A DNA stretch of 64,000 bases from Mustelus asterias (lineage: Eukaryota). Numbering within the stretch: position 1 is the stretch's first letter; each line of letters opens with the position of its first letter. Both the position numbers and the translations under genes were made by a program. Positions 1 to 11,981 of this stretch are shown one piece after another. Below the pieces are notes generated by a model that made no database searches, was not told the DNA's origin, and saw only the letters and a list, made by a program, of their open reading frames with translations. The stretch spans positions 3,224,001 through 3,288,000 of the forward strand of contig NC_135823.1 of NCBI RefSeq assembly GCF_964213995.1, written 5' to 3'.

Positions 1-990
1 GGGACTTTCAGAGGTCTTTCGACAAAATCCCACATAACACATTAGCGTGTAAAACAAAAGCGCATTAGATTGGGGAAAGTATATTGAGGTGCATAGAAAA
101 CCGGTTGGCAGACAGGGAACTAAATTTAGGATCTCTAACTTTGATGACTATTCAAAGCTGAGTGGGAGGGTGAGTTTTAAGGACGGTGCATAGATGCATC
201 AGTGTGATGTAGATAATTTCAGTGAGTGTGCAACTGCATGGCAAATACAATATAATGCGGATAAATGAGAGGTTATTCCCTTTGTTCGCAAAAACGACGG
301 GTGGATTACATTTTGGATGGCTATAAATTGAGAGTGGAACGCGCATCATCACTGAAGATAAGCATGTATGTACAACAAGCGATAAAGAAGACAAATGCTT
401 TATTGGCATTCATAGTGAGAGATTTTGAGTGGTGGAACAAGGATACGATTTTGAAATTATATATTATCTTGTTGAGGCCACAATAGTGTGTGCAGTTTTG
501 TTTTCCTTATCTAAGGAAGTATTTTCTTGCTCTGGAGGGAGTCCATACATTGTTTACATTGTTCACTAAACTGATTCTTAGGTTTGCAGGACTGACATAT
601 GAGGAGAGGTTGAGTCGGTTAGGATGTGTTCGCCGGAGTTCAAAAAAATGAGGGGGAAATCACATAGAAAACTGTAAATCTCTGACAAGGCCAGACAGGG
701 TAGATGTATGAAAGATGTTCCCGATTGTGTGGGTGTTCAGGACAAGGGATCATAGTTCGAGCGTACAGGGTAAACCATTTAGGAAAGAATGACGTGAAAT
801 TTCTCCACCCAAAGAGTTGTGTGTGGAACTTGCTAAGTAGATGAGATCAAAACATTGAATGTCTTCAAGACGCAGTTAGATTCAGCCATTGAGGTCAAGC
901 GGTTCAATGAATATGCCGGGATGTCCGGATTTGGTTATTGAGTTGGATGATCAGCAATGATAACAATGAATGGCAGTGCTAATATGAAAG
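1..990 (+). mobile_element. Old degraded CR1-type LINE (RT to 3' end)
   Basis: Remnants of the DFQKAFDKVPH and AFIARGFEY...LYxxLxRP motifs with many stops and frameshifts. Confidence 0.75.
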
Positions 991-3570
991 ACAAAGGAAC
1001 GAAGAATAATGCAGCACAGGAACATGACTTTCGGCTCTTCAGGACTGCGCTGATCATGATGCCTGCCTAAACTAAAACTGTATGCACTTACAGAGGCTGT
1101 GTCCTTCCTTTCCCATCCTATTCATGTATTGGTCTAGATGCCCCTGAAGTGACACTGTCGTACCTCCTCCCACGACCGCCCCAGGCAGTGTGTTCCAGAC
1201 ATTCACCAACCTCTGTGTAAAACATTTGTCTCGCACATCTCCTCTAAAGGTTTTCCTCACGCACCTTAAACCTATGCCCCTAATACTTTACTTTTCGACA
1301 CGAGGAAGGAACATCTGATTATCCACTCTGTCCATGTCGCTCATAATCTTGTAAACGTCTTCACGTCGCCCCTCAACATCCGTCGAACAAGCCGAATGTA
1401 TCCAAACTCTTCATAGCTAATACCCTCCAGACCACGCAACATCGTAGTTAATCCCTTCCGCACTGATTCCAAAGCATCCACATCGTTTTCGTAGTGTTGC
1501 GATCAGAATTGTGCACAATACTTCAAATGAGGTCGAGCTAATGTTCTGTACAGCTGCAGCATGATATGACATTTTTTTATGCTCAATGCTCCGACCGATG
1601 AATGCAAGCATGCTGTTTTCCTTCTTGACTACATTATCCACCTGAGATGCCACGTTGAGTGGTTGGTGGACACATACGCCCAAATTGCTCTACCTTTCAA
1701 TTCTCCTCAGGGTGCTATCATTTAGTGTGTTATTTCCACTTGCATTGGACGTTCCAAAATGCATTACCTCACAAACTCGATCTGCCATTTCTCTGCCCAA
1801 GTCTCTAACCGGCCTATATCTTGCTGTGTCATCAGACAATCCTCTTCACTATCCGCCACTCCATCAATTTTTGTGCCATTTGCGAAACTGTTAATCACAC
1901 CAGCTATATCTACCCCCATATCATTTAGTTTGATACCGGAGATGAGGGGTGTAGATTATGAGGAGAGATTGAGCAGATTATAGAAAATAGAACATAGAAC
2001 ATTTCAGCGCAGTACAGGCCCTTCGGCCCTCGATGTTGCGCCGACCGGTGGTACCAAACTAAAGCCCTTCTAATCTACACTATTCCAATATCATCCATAT
2101 GTTTATCCAATAACCACTTGAACGCTCTCAACGTTGATGAGTCCACCACTGCTGCAGGCAGGGCATTCCACGCCCTTACTACTCTCTGAGTAAAGAACCT
2201 ACCTTTAACATCTGTCCTATATCTCTCACCCCTCAATTTAAAGCTATGTCCCCTCGTGCTCGATTAGTTTTGTACTCGTTGGAGTTCAGAAGGCTGAGGG
2301 GTGATCTTATAGAGGCATATAAGATAATGAAGGGGCTGGATAGGGTAGAAGTGGAGAGATTCTTTCCAGTTAGAAAGGAAACTAGAACTAGAGGGCACAG
2401 CCTCAAAATAAAGGAGGGTCAGTTTAGGACAGGGTTGAGGAGGAACTTCTTCTCTCAGAGGGTGGTGAATCTCTGGAATCCTCTGCTCACTGAAGTGGTG
2501 GAGGCTACGTCGTTGAATATGTTTAAGTCACGGATAGATGGATTTCTGATCGGTAGGGGAATTAAGGTTATGGGGAGCAGTCGGGCAAGTGGAACTGATT
2601 CACTGATCAGCCATGATCTATTAAATGGCGGGGCAGGCTCGACGGGCTAGATGGCCTACTCCTGCTCCTATTTATTATGTTCTTATGTATACACTATGAA
2701 CATCAAAGACCCCAGAAAGGATCTCTTTGGAACACCGTCAACCACAGCGTTCCATTCGGAAAGTGATCACTTTACTGCTACGCTCTGTCTTCTATGCCCA
2801 AGGCAGTTCTGTATCCATCTTGTGATCTCCCCTCTGATCCCAGGTGACTTCACCTTTTGTCCCAGTCTACCATGAGGTACATTGTGAAAGGCTGAACTGA
2901 AGCCCATGTATAAAGCATCTAAAGACTATGCCTACTCTCTCATCTTTCTCAGTTTCTCGAAAAAGTGGATCCAGTTAATGGCCCCACGTCCTCTTCACAA
3001 AACCATGCTGTATATCACTAATAAGTCCATTTGTTTCCAAATGTGAGCAAATCCTGTCCCTGAGAATCATTTCCAATAATTTCTCCACTGCTGACCTAAG
3101 GCTCAACGGCCTGTATGTTCCTGCATTTTCCCTGCCTACCTTTTTAAACAGTGGAACAGCATTGGCTATTCTGCACTTCTCTGGAACTTCACCTGAAGGC
3201 AATGAGGATGCAAAGATTTCAGTCAAGGCCCCAGCAATTTCCTTCCTTGCCCCCCTCAGTATTCTGGGGTAGATTCGATCAGGCCCTGGGGACATATCTA
3301 CTGTAATGCATTTGACGACGCCCAACACCTCCTCCGTTTTATATCGAAATGAAATAAAGTGCCTCGGATCATCATGCACCAAGTCCTTCTATTTGTTGAA
3401 TTCTGAGGCAAAGTATTCATTTTGCATCTCGCACATTTTTCTCTGCCTCTATGCAAATATTCCCTCCACTATCCTTGAGTGGATCAATCATTTTCTTGGC
3501 TAACCTCTTGCTCTTTATATATGTTTAAAAGGCCTTGGGAATTTCTTTGACCGTGTTTGCCAATCCCTTT
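991..3570 (-). mobile_element. CR1-type LINE interrupted by nested younger CR1 3' ends (plus 1921-2690, which contains minus 1981-2261)
   Basis: ORF fragments SPGPDRIYPRIL, ANAVPLFKK, QHGFVK, FFSQRVVNLWN. The inner insert is flanked by GATTA at 1976-1980 and 2262-2266. Confidence 0.8.
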
Positions 3571-3730
3571 TCATTAATAGCATACTCCTGCTTGTACTTG
3601 ATATGTTTATATGTTTGTCTTCAGTAGACACGGGGATATGGGTAAAATCTTTGCGACCTTTCTCAGAATCCAATTCCATTTGAAACCCATAATGCTTAAT
3701 TTGAACGACATTCTGTCATTATATCTACTT

Positions 3731-4076
3731 TAGAATCATAGAAACCCTACAGTACAGAAAGAGGCCATTCGGCCCATCGAGTCAGCACCGACCATAATCC
3801 CACCCAGGCCCCACCCCTATATCCCTACATATTTTACCCATTAATCCCTCTAACGTACACATCTCAGGACACGAAGGGGCAATTTTTAGCATAGCCAATC
3901 AACCTAACCCGCACATCTTTGGACTGTGGGAGGAAACCGGAGCACCCGGAGGAAACCCACGCAGACACGAGGAGAATGAGCAAACTCCACACAGACAGTC
4001 ACCCAAGCCGGGAATCAAACCCAGGTCCCTGGAGCTGTGAAGCAGCAGTGCTAACCAGTGTGCTACCGTGCCGCCC
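3731..4076 (-). mobile_element. HE1-type tRNA-derived SINE, full length
   Basis: Reverse complement begins GGGCGGCACGGTAGCAC...GGTTAGCACTGCTGCTTCACAGCTCCAGGGACCTGGGTT (pol III A/B boxes), has the central GGGTTTCCTCCGGGTGCTCCGGTTTCCTCCCAC and a LINE-like (TTCTATGA) tail. Confidence 0.85.
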
Positions 4077-4251
4077 TGAGATTAATCCTCCATACCTATA
4101 TTTTACAGCTACTTTCATTTGCAGCAAAATGGTAAATAACACAATGAAACTTTTAATAGATTTTGTAACCATCATGATCCATATTAAGCATTGTTTTCAA
4201 AAGTCAGAGCAATTAAACAACGTATATTAAGAAAGACAATCTTGCATTTAC

Positions 4252-4310
4252 CTCTTCATTTTGTTCACAATACCACGAACCCGTTTGTGCATTGCGTGAT
4301 GTCTTGGTGC
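4252..4310 (-). CDS. Gene A exon 5, cytoplasmic mini-exon (GTKTSRNAQTGSWYCEQNEE)
   Basis: Acceptor ttttttatatacactag|GC, donor GAG|GTAAAT. Phase-compatible with the TM exon. Confidence 0.6.
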
Positions 4311-6853
4311 CTAGTGTATATAAAAAAGGCATTACAACTTGCACGGGGAACAGGTTAATTATTGTGTAGAGGAACAAACACATGTCAGCAAAGATATAGG
4401 GATGCTGAGCCGCACAGAACAGCAGAGTAGGCAGACACTTCCTACCTGAGCGCCGATTCCTGCAGTTCCAACCTGCCATAACAGCAAATATCATGAGAAG
4501 GACAATCATTACCAAGGAGCCTCCATAAAGCAGCCAATTGCAGGAGGATTCTAGTGGATCTGATGAAGAGGGGTAAAAATAACTTTGAAGAATTGTTTTA
4601 CTCAGGCCAGCGTGCACATGCCGAAATTTCAAGGACACCCACGAACCGTCAACTCAAAATTGAATGTCTCAAAGCCACGTTTTCAACTTTCACCAATGCA
4701 ACAGTTAGGAAGACAGGGAGGCTCATGAGCGATACTTAAGAGACAACAATGCAATCAGAGAATAATATTATTGGCAAAGTATCCAATTGCACAGAAGGAG
4801 GCAATAAAGGTTTCAATTCTTTGCTAGATCCGAGCTCTATCCCATTGCTTGGATGTCTCTGTGTAAACTTGCATCTATCTGAATAATCTGCCTTTAGCTT
4901 TTGCGAAAAAAAATGAATAATCTCTCATTTATCCGCATTATATTGCATTTGCCATGCAGTTGCACACTCACTGAACTTGTCTAAATCACACTGATGCATA
5001 TCTCCACCGTGCTTAAAACTCATCCTCCCACTCAGCTTTGAATCATCATTAAAATTAGAGATACAAAATTTAGTTCCCTCATCTCAATGGGCAATATATA
5101 TATATGTTTATATATTTATATATATTCATATATATATATATGTATATGGTAACTCAGTTTGCAGCTGGCGCAGACACGATGTGCCGAATGGTCCCTTCCT
5201 GTGACAGAGTCCTTTTACAGTTATGTGATCGCATGATGCCTGCATCCACACGTCAAAAAATTGAACAACCTTTAACATTAAATACACTATTGCTTACAAC
5301 GGATCTCACAGTAGCAATACATAAAGTGAATTTGCAAATAGTTACCTTGCTGACATGAGAACCCCTCGCTTATGAGGTTTTCAACTGTGGTGGTTTGAAC
5401 AGAACAAATAAAAACAGCCCCCTTGCTGCAGCTTTCTCGGGGGACTGTGAGCTGACTTCTGATACTGTACACCCCGGTGGAGTCTATTACTCCAGAATCC
5501 GTCCTCCCCTCTGTCTCCCTTGTGGAAACATTCCAGTGGACAGGAAGAGTAAGCGAGGTTGCGCCGCTCACCAAACACATCAATGGGACAGTTTCCATGG
5601 ACAGAATCTCAGCCGGCGGTGGACCCAAGAGGAATATTGTCGGAGGACCTAGTTCGGGAAGATGAAATTACTTTTCAGTATCAATTCCTACTTTTTAATG
5701 AGGAAATTAACTTATTTTTATTTGTTTCTACCTATCGTGAGCAACTTCGAGCCGTTTCCGAATATAAAGGACATCCCGTTAGATTTCCTTGCTGCGCAGT
5801 AATAAATGCCCGAATCATTTCTCTCAACATCTTCAATGATCAGAGTATAAACGGTCGAATCGCTGTTAACAGCACCCGAAAATCGCCCGTCTCCAGGGAT
5901 GTGTTTTCTGACGATATGAACAAACTGCAGATGTTCATGGTGCCGCTGTTTATACCAGTAAACCACTGCACTTGCGAACCAGCCTGTGTGGCAATGCACC
6001 TCAAAGCGACTTCCAGCCGAGACGGTCAGGACCGCTGGCGTTTGCGGGAACACCACCTGGGAGAAAATAACTGAGAAAAGAGGGCACATCAGCAGAAATT
6101 CCCCTTTTGTGAGCAAAATCCAAATTTTGACACAGAGAAATACAGAATTCCTCCTATAGCCGGGAGGTTAGTGATCCCAATCCGAAAATTAATCCTAACT
6201 TCCCGTTGGGTAAAGGACTGAGTTAATGTTTCGGTTAATATCTGATAAGACAGCTGGAGAGGCAGGAGAGGAGAGACATAAAAAGAGAGCAAGAGCATTG
6301 GAGCTAAGAGAGCACACATAAAGTAAGACAAAGGACTTGAAAGAAATCAAAGGATAGATAAAAGAGCAGAGAGAGAGAGCAACAGAGAGAAGGGACCGAG
6401 AGACATAAAAGAAAAGAAAGAATGGAAGGAGAAGAAAAGGAGCGAGGTAGGGGGAAAGTTATTTTCAGAGGCAATACTTTTGCAAGTTCAGTTCCTCTTG
6501 TATTGCAAGAAATGCAGCGAAGAATTTTTCACCAGCAAAATTCCACAAAAATAATGTGAGAACATCAGAAATTGAAGTTCTTTTGATGGGAGAGGTGAAC
6601 TCAGGATGAAGAAAACAACTCCATGATTTGTGTATAATCGTGATGAGGAGATGCGAATGTTTGTTCTATTTTATTTGAGCTTTTCATTATTGATTCCTTA
6701 AACATAGCACTATTACTACAGAATGCAGCAGTGTGATCTGCCACATACCTACGTTTCTCGGTAATCTGAGCCGGTTTGTCTCCCATGCATTAAAAAAAAA
6801 CTATTCTCACCTGGAAGGAGATGGAAGAGGGCACCGAGAGCCAGGAGGCCCAT
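4252..6853 (-). CDS. Gene A: non-rearranging antigen-receptor-like type I membrane protein (leader-VJ-C1-TM-cytoplasmic), 3' end incomplete
   Basis: Five exons join with GT-AG introns (phase 1,1,1,1, then a phase 0 donor) into a stop-free protein: MGLLALGALFHLLPVIFS|QVVFPQTP...DSGIYYCAARKSNGMSFIFGNGSKLLTI-GPPTIFLLGPP...CLVSG...WNVS...YSIRSQLTVP...FICSVQ...-DPLESSCNWLLYGGSLVMIVLLMIFAVMAGWNCRNRRS-GTKTSRNAQTGSWYCEQNEE. Confidence 0.88.
4446..4559 (-). CDS. Gene A exon 4, connecting peptide plus transmembrane segment
   Basis: Acceptor cttcatcag|AT, donor TCA G|GTAGGA. Encodes DPLESSCNWLLYGGSLVMIVLLMIFAVMAGWNCRNRRS, a hydrophobic stretch followed by basic stop-transfer residues. Confidence 0.88.
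5094..5146. repeat. (TA)n microsatellite in gene A intron 3
   Basis: Imperfect TA run visible directly. Confidence 0.85.
5346..5648 (-). CDS. Gene A exon 3, Ig C1-set domain
   Basis: Acceptor cccgaactag|GT, donor CAA G|GTAACT. Motifs PTIFLLGPP, LMCLVSG, VHWNVS, GVYSIRSQLTVP, GAVFICSVQ. Overlaps ORF 5287..5628. Confidence 0.92.
5732..6070 (-). CDS. Gene A exon 2, Ig V-set domain with germline-joined J motif
   Basis: Acceptor cttttctcag|TT, donor ATA G|GTAGAA. Contains B-strand Cys (FEVHC), WYKQ, RFSG, L-x-I-x-x-V, DSGIYYC and the J motif FGNGSKL. Overlaps ORF 5718..6116. Confidence 0.93.
6811..6853 (-). CDS. Gene A exon 1, signal peptide (MGLLALGALFHLLP)
   Basis: ATG at 6853, 43-bp hydrophobic exon ending CCA G|GTGAGA (phase 1), the typical split Ig/TCR leader. 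Confidence 0.85.
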
Positions 6854-7694
6854 AGTCTGCAGCCCGGGTCCCAGGCGTGAGCTTCAAACCTGACTCTTGT
6901 CTGTATGGATCCAAATCCAGAGGCGTGATGATGTGAAGTTTTGAAATGCCCAAATGCAGAAACTCGAAGCTGCACTGAAAAGAACGTAGCTGGTTGGAAA
7001 ATTCAGCACAATGTAAATGGTCTCGGTGAGCTTCCTGTTTCCATGTGCAGCGCCCACGCACATATCTGTCTGCAAACAGCAACAGCGTGGCAACTCTTTC
7101 TCAGCACGCCTGAAACGTGGGCTGCAATCTAATCTAAAAGATAAGTTGTGCAGCACTCAGTTTAACAGCTTTTATCACTTGTGTTCTCAGTGTAGGCGGA
7201 TCTTTCAAAGACCAAAAGGCGGTCATGTATCAGCACATACAAGTGCCAACAACAATCTGCCTGATTGCATACTTTTTACTTCTTAATTCAAAAACTATTT
7301 TCCACCCAATGTCCATTCCCCGTCATTATCCTCCCGTTTTTGGATTTGCTCCTGTTTCACATTCTGTCCTCGCCAGATAGGCAACCCTGTTTCCTCGAAG
7401 ATTTTGGGATCATGTTTTTCTCTGGAGATTTGAGTACAAAGCTTCAGAGACATCGCTTGGTCTCTGTTGTGTGGAAAGGTTGCACACCTTCCAGGTGGAT
7501 CTGTTTTGGGAGTGACTGTTTTGTAAAAGGCATACTTCCTGCTTTCCACAGTCACATGGGCACACCATGCAGGTGAGTTCTCCCGAAAAATCTCAACACA
7601 ATCTTTCCCGATCACATCATGACTAGAGCAATTCTGATAATGGTGAGAGCTGGCCTTATTCACTGCGTTAGTGACGGTCCTTCGTAATTTTGTT

Positions 7695-8095
7695 TTCTTT
7701 ATTCATCCTCCGGCATGGGGGACTCTGGCAGGCCAGAATTAATTTCCCATTACTAGTTGCCCTCGGAATGCAGTCGTGACAACTAACAGTCTTGCTGCGC
7801 CATTCCAGAGGGTCATTGAGAATTAGACATATTGTTGTGGATCTGAAGTCACAGGCAGGCCAGATGACGTAAGGACGGGAGATCACCTTCCCAAAGGGAC
7901 ATCAGCGAACCAAATTAGTTTCTCAAACATCGACAATGATTTCAATGTCATCAATGGGTTCTTAATTCCAGATTTTGTTGTTTGTATTCAAATTCCACCA
8001 TCTGCTGTGGCGGCATTTGGAAATGGGTCCCCAGAATATTAGCTGAGTTTCTGTATTATTAGAAAATTGTACGAGACCACTAGGCCATTGCCCCC
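7695..8095 (-). mobile_element. Second SINE family (degraded copy)
   Basis: Reverse-complement similarity to 15875-16216 and 37130-37310 within the window. Confidence 0.65.
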
Positions 8096-8237
8096 AAAAG
8101 GCGTTAAAAAAGTATTCTCTATATAACTAGAATATTTTCTTTAGTTCTCCTCCCTTGTTTATTCCGAACTGTTATTAACCAATGATTACTGATGTGATCG
8201 TCAGGTGATCATCCCTTATAAAAACTCCGATTTATGG

Positions 8238-8755
8238 TTAAGAACGTAAGAACTTAAGAACATGAGCATTAGGAGAAGGAAAAGGCCATCTCTCCCCACG
8301 AGTCTGCTCCATCATTTAATAAGACCATGGCTGATGTTTTCCTGGACTCAGCTCCATATACCCTCCCGCTCACCATACCGTTAATTCATTTACTGTTCAA
8401 AATGTATCTATCATTGCCTTTAACACAATCAATGAGGCAGCCTCAACTGCTTCACGATGCAGGGAATTCCACAGATTCACAACCCATGGGTGAAGAGTTC
8501 CATCCTTAAACTCAGTCCTACATTTGCTCCCACTTGTACTGAATTCATGCCCCCTCGTTGCAGTTTCACCTGCCAGTGGAAACAGCCTCCCTGTGTCTAC
8601 CTTATCTGTACCATTCAGAATTTTATGTGTTTCAGTGAGATCTTGCCTCATTCTTCTGAATTCTACTGATTATTGGAATGAATCTGCTCAGTCTCTCCTC
8701 ATAGGCCGACCCTCTCAAATCCAGCATCAACCTTGTGAGTCTCCTCTCCTCTCCT
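8238..8755 (-). mobile_element. CR1-type LINE 3' end
   Basis: ORF 8397..8651 (RLFPLAGETATRGH...VVNLWNSL) and a (TTCTTA)-type tail. Confidence 0.75.
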
Positions 8756-10021
8756 GACTTAATTGCACCACCATGTTCATTGCTCTATGTTGCTGCAATG
8801 ACAGAATAAATCCACAGGCTGTTGTACAGATAGTTTGCAACACAGCCTTGTCGTGAAAACTGCAATCTTCAGTGACAGCAGCTCTGGACAACTGAACTGG
8901 TGTAATGTCGACTGAATTAATTTAAAATAAAGAATCAGACAATAATGAGGTTTGATCGAGCTTTCCTTTCTTGCTTAATCTGTACTTGGTAAGTATATTC
9001 CCCCCTTGAAACAGAAGAATGTGGAAATGTTGAGTGCATTGGAGTTAAATGCAATATGAATTAGCATTTTTTTCAATTGTTACCAAAGGCAACAAAGTGG
9101 CTCAGAAGGTTTTCACCACTGTGTCAGGGGAGTGATATAGGAGAGCAGAGGATGCGTTATTCCCCATTTTGAATATGTAGATGGAAAATGAGCATGATGG
9201 AGGTTTGAGCGCGTTGGTTCCATCTCAGAAGATAATAGGATATTATTAATGCAAATTAGAGATGTTTTATTCTATTTAGATATAACCATAGAAAAGCTGC
9301 ACTCCAGACGGAGATCATTCGGCTCATCTTGTCAATGTGAGCACGATGACTTCCAGATGTCTTTTCGAATCCCAAATTGCGTATGATTTTGTGTTGTTGA
9401 ATTTAGTTTGCATGCTTATTATCTGAATTTCGCAAACACTACTTACTGACAGCCCACTATAAGAACTTACCTGGAGGTCCATTCGTAGAGATGATAGTTA
9501 CATTGCAGGATGTAATCGAAGCTCTTGGAGAGAGATGCTCTAACAATTTTAATGAAATTACTGAACGGTCGCAATCGAGTGAAATACATCACCGTAACAC
9601 TTTAAGATCCAGGGATACAATTGATTGTGTCTGAATGGACGCACCATTGGTGGGAGAATGCAGACTCTAATTTTACGGGTTAAATAATGCGATCAGATTT
9701 GCTATCATTCAGCTCAATCCCTGAAATAAATATTTTCTACCACGATCTCTATGTCAGAATCTGTTCAATGTCAGAAAATCGACGTTGAACGATACTGCAA
9801 CACGATTGTCCCAGAGGTGATCCCAGAGAGTATGAATGAACGTGTTTGGGAATGTTTTACAACAGAGTTTAAAAGAGAGAGATTGCCGAAAGCACGAAGA
9901 GACTTTTCACATCAAACTGAAAAAATTTAGAATCATTTGAACTGATCACTAAAATATTCTACTTGATTCTTGCCATAACTCGTGTTCCTGGTAAGTGACT
10001 ACAAACATTGATGCTGTGCAA

Positions 10022-10870
10022 ATTTGATTTTTGACTTGATGTGTTATTCTCAAATGTATTGTTATACAGTGGATAGTATTTTTTCTTGTGCACTCCACAG
10101 ACAAAATATATCACTCACTATATACATAAGAAAGCAGGAAAGGAGAGGGTGCAGAATCCATAGAAATCCAACATTGGAGAAGGCCATTCGGCGCATCGGG
10201 TCTGCCCCAACTACAATCCCACCCAGGCCATATCCAGGAACCTCATGCATTTAACCTAACTAGACCTCCTGACACTCAAGTGCAATTTAGCATGGCCACT
10301 CTATCCAACCCTCACATCTTTGCACTGTGGAAGGAAACCGGAGTACCCAGGGGAAGCCCACGCAGACACGGGGTGAATGTACAAACTCGGCACAGTGACC
10401 CAAGCTGGGAATCGAACCCACGTCCCTGGAGCTGTGAGGTAACAGTGCGAACAACTATGCCACTGTGCCAACTATGACGAAAATTGTGTTACATTCATAG
10501 CTAGTATGTAGATAAAGATCATCTTAACATATGGTAGGTCTATTCAAAGTTTGATGGCAGCATGAACAAAGCTATTCTTGAGTCAGTCGGACTGTGATCT
10601 CAGATTTTATTATCCTTTCCTGACAGAAGAAGGCGGGAGACTGTATGTCCAGTGTGCGTGGGTCCTTGATTGTGTGTCTGCTTTTCCAAAGCAGTGGGAA
10701 TTGTCGCCAGCGCCAATCTATTGGAGGCTGGCTTGCATGATAGATTGGGCTCTGTTCACAACAGTTTGCAACTTCTTGCCGTCTTGGTCAGAGCAGCCGA
10801 ACAAGCTCTGATAAATCGGGGCAGAATTCTTTCCGTGGTACATCTTAAAAAATGGAGTGTGAGCTGGTCT
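10022..10870 (-). mobile_element. Non-CR1 LINE 3' end (Rex1/Babar-like, tentative) interrupted by an HE1-type SINE at 10152-10470
   Basis: Similar to 50150-50390 (TTGAT-repeat end, CAAAAGTCTGATGGCAGC...TTCTTGAGTC). The family name is from recall only. Confidence 0.5.
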
Positions 10871-11669
10871 CCGTGACTGAAATATTTATGTGTTGATGTA
10901 ATGGTTAATAAGGCAGAAACACCAAAACTGTGATAATGTGTTCAGAAATCAGGTGTCGTAGATTATCTGTTCAGCGACATCCGATTTCCTCAGATCGTAA
11001 GAAACCTGTTTGTTGCTCACATACTGTCGGAATTTTCCACTTATTGTGTTTTTTGGAACATTGTCCAATCACAGAATCAAATAATTGTTCGAGCCAGAAG
11101 CAGGACATTCGTTCAATTTTGTTTGGTCCAGCTCTCCGAGTAATCATTTCACATGATACCATTCTCCTGCCTCCACCTCTTAACCCTTCACATTGGTTTT
11201 ATTTCATATCATCATTTAATTAACATTTAACTGCCTCGATTAAATCACCTTGTACTAGTCAGGAGACCAACCACTGGATAATTTGATCCCGACGTCCATT
11301 GATTCAAGTTTTGCTCAGGTGCCTTAATGACACACTTGTCCCTGACGTCAAGCGCAGTAACTATTTGTCGGGGTAGGGGTATTAGCAGTGTAAAATATGT
11401 GGAGTTACGGGACAGTGCCAGGGATTGTGGTCGGTGTGCAAACTGAATTGTCTGAATTGCCATCTTCTGCACTGTAGGGATTCTATGATTATTTTCTATG
11501 AACTGTCATCTCACCAACGGGTTTTGGCCCTTTTGTTCATGTTTGAACCAAGGCTGTAATGAGGCCAGCAGCTGAGTGACGCTGGCGAAACTAAAACTGG
11601 GGGTCACTGAGCATGCTAGTACTGAGCATGTGCTGCTTGGAGGCACTCTCAATGACCACTTCCATCACT

Positions 11670-11980
11670 TAGAAACATAGAAACATAGAAAAACTACAGT
11701 ACAGAACAGGCCCTTCGGCCCCACAAGTTGTGCCGAACATATCCCGACCTTTTCGGCCTCCCTATAACCCTCCATCCTATTAAGTCCCAGGAGTCTCTTA
11801 AAATACCCTATTGAGTTTGCCTCCAACGCCACTGACGGCAGCCGATTCCACTCGCCCAGCACCCTCTGTGTGAAATACTTCCCCCTAACATTTCCCCTGT
11901 ACCGACCCCCCAGCACCTTAAACCTGTGTCTTCTCGTAGCAGCCATTTCCACGCTGGAAAAAAGCCTCTGAGAGTCCCCC
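11670..11980 (-). mobile_element. Young CR1 subfamily 1, 3' end
   Basis: MAATRRHRFKVLGGRYRGNVRG and a (TTTCTATG)n tail. Near-identical to copies at 14900, 20524, 29020 and 38870. Confidence 0.85.
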
Positions 11981-11981
11981 T

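Noticed and set aside
3731-4076. tRNA gene
   Set aside because: The A and B boxes belong to a SINE head; there is no full cloverleaf and there are many dispersed copies.
5346-6070. Calling gene A a rearranging TCR or an Ig light chain
   Set aside because: No RSS, no separate J or D segments, an 83-bp V-C intron, and an uncharged TM with a spliced cytoplasmic tail. No gene symbol assigned.
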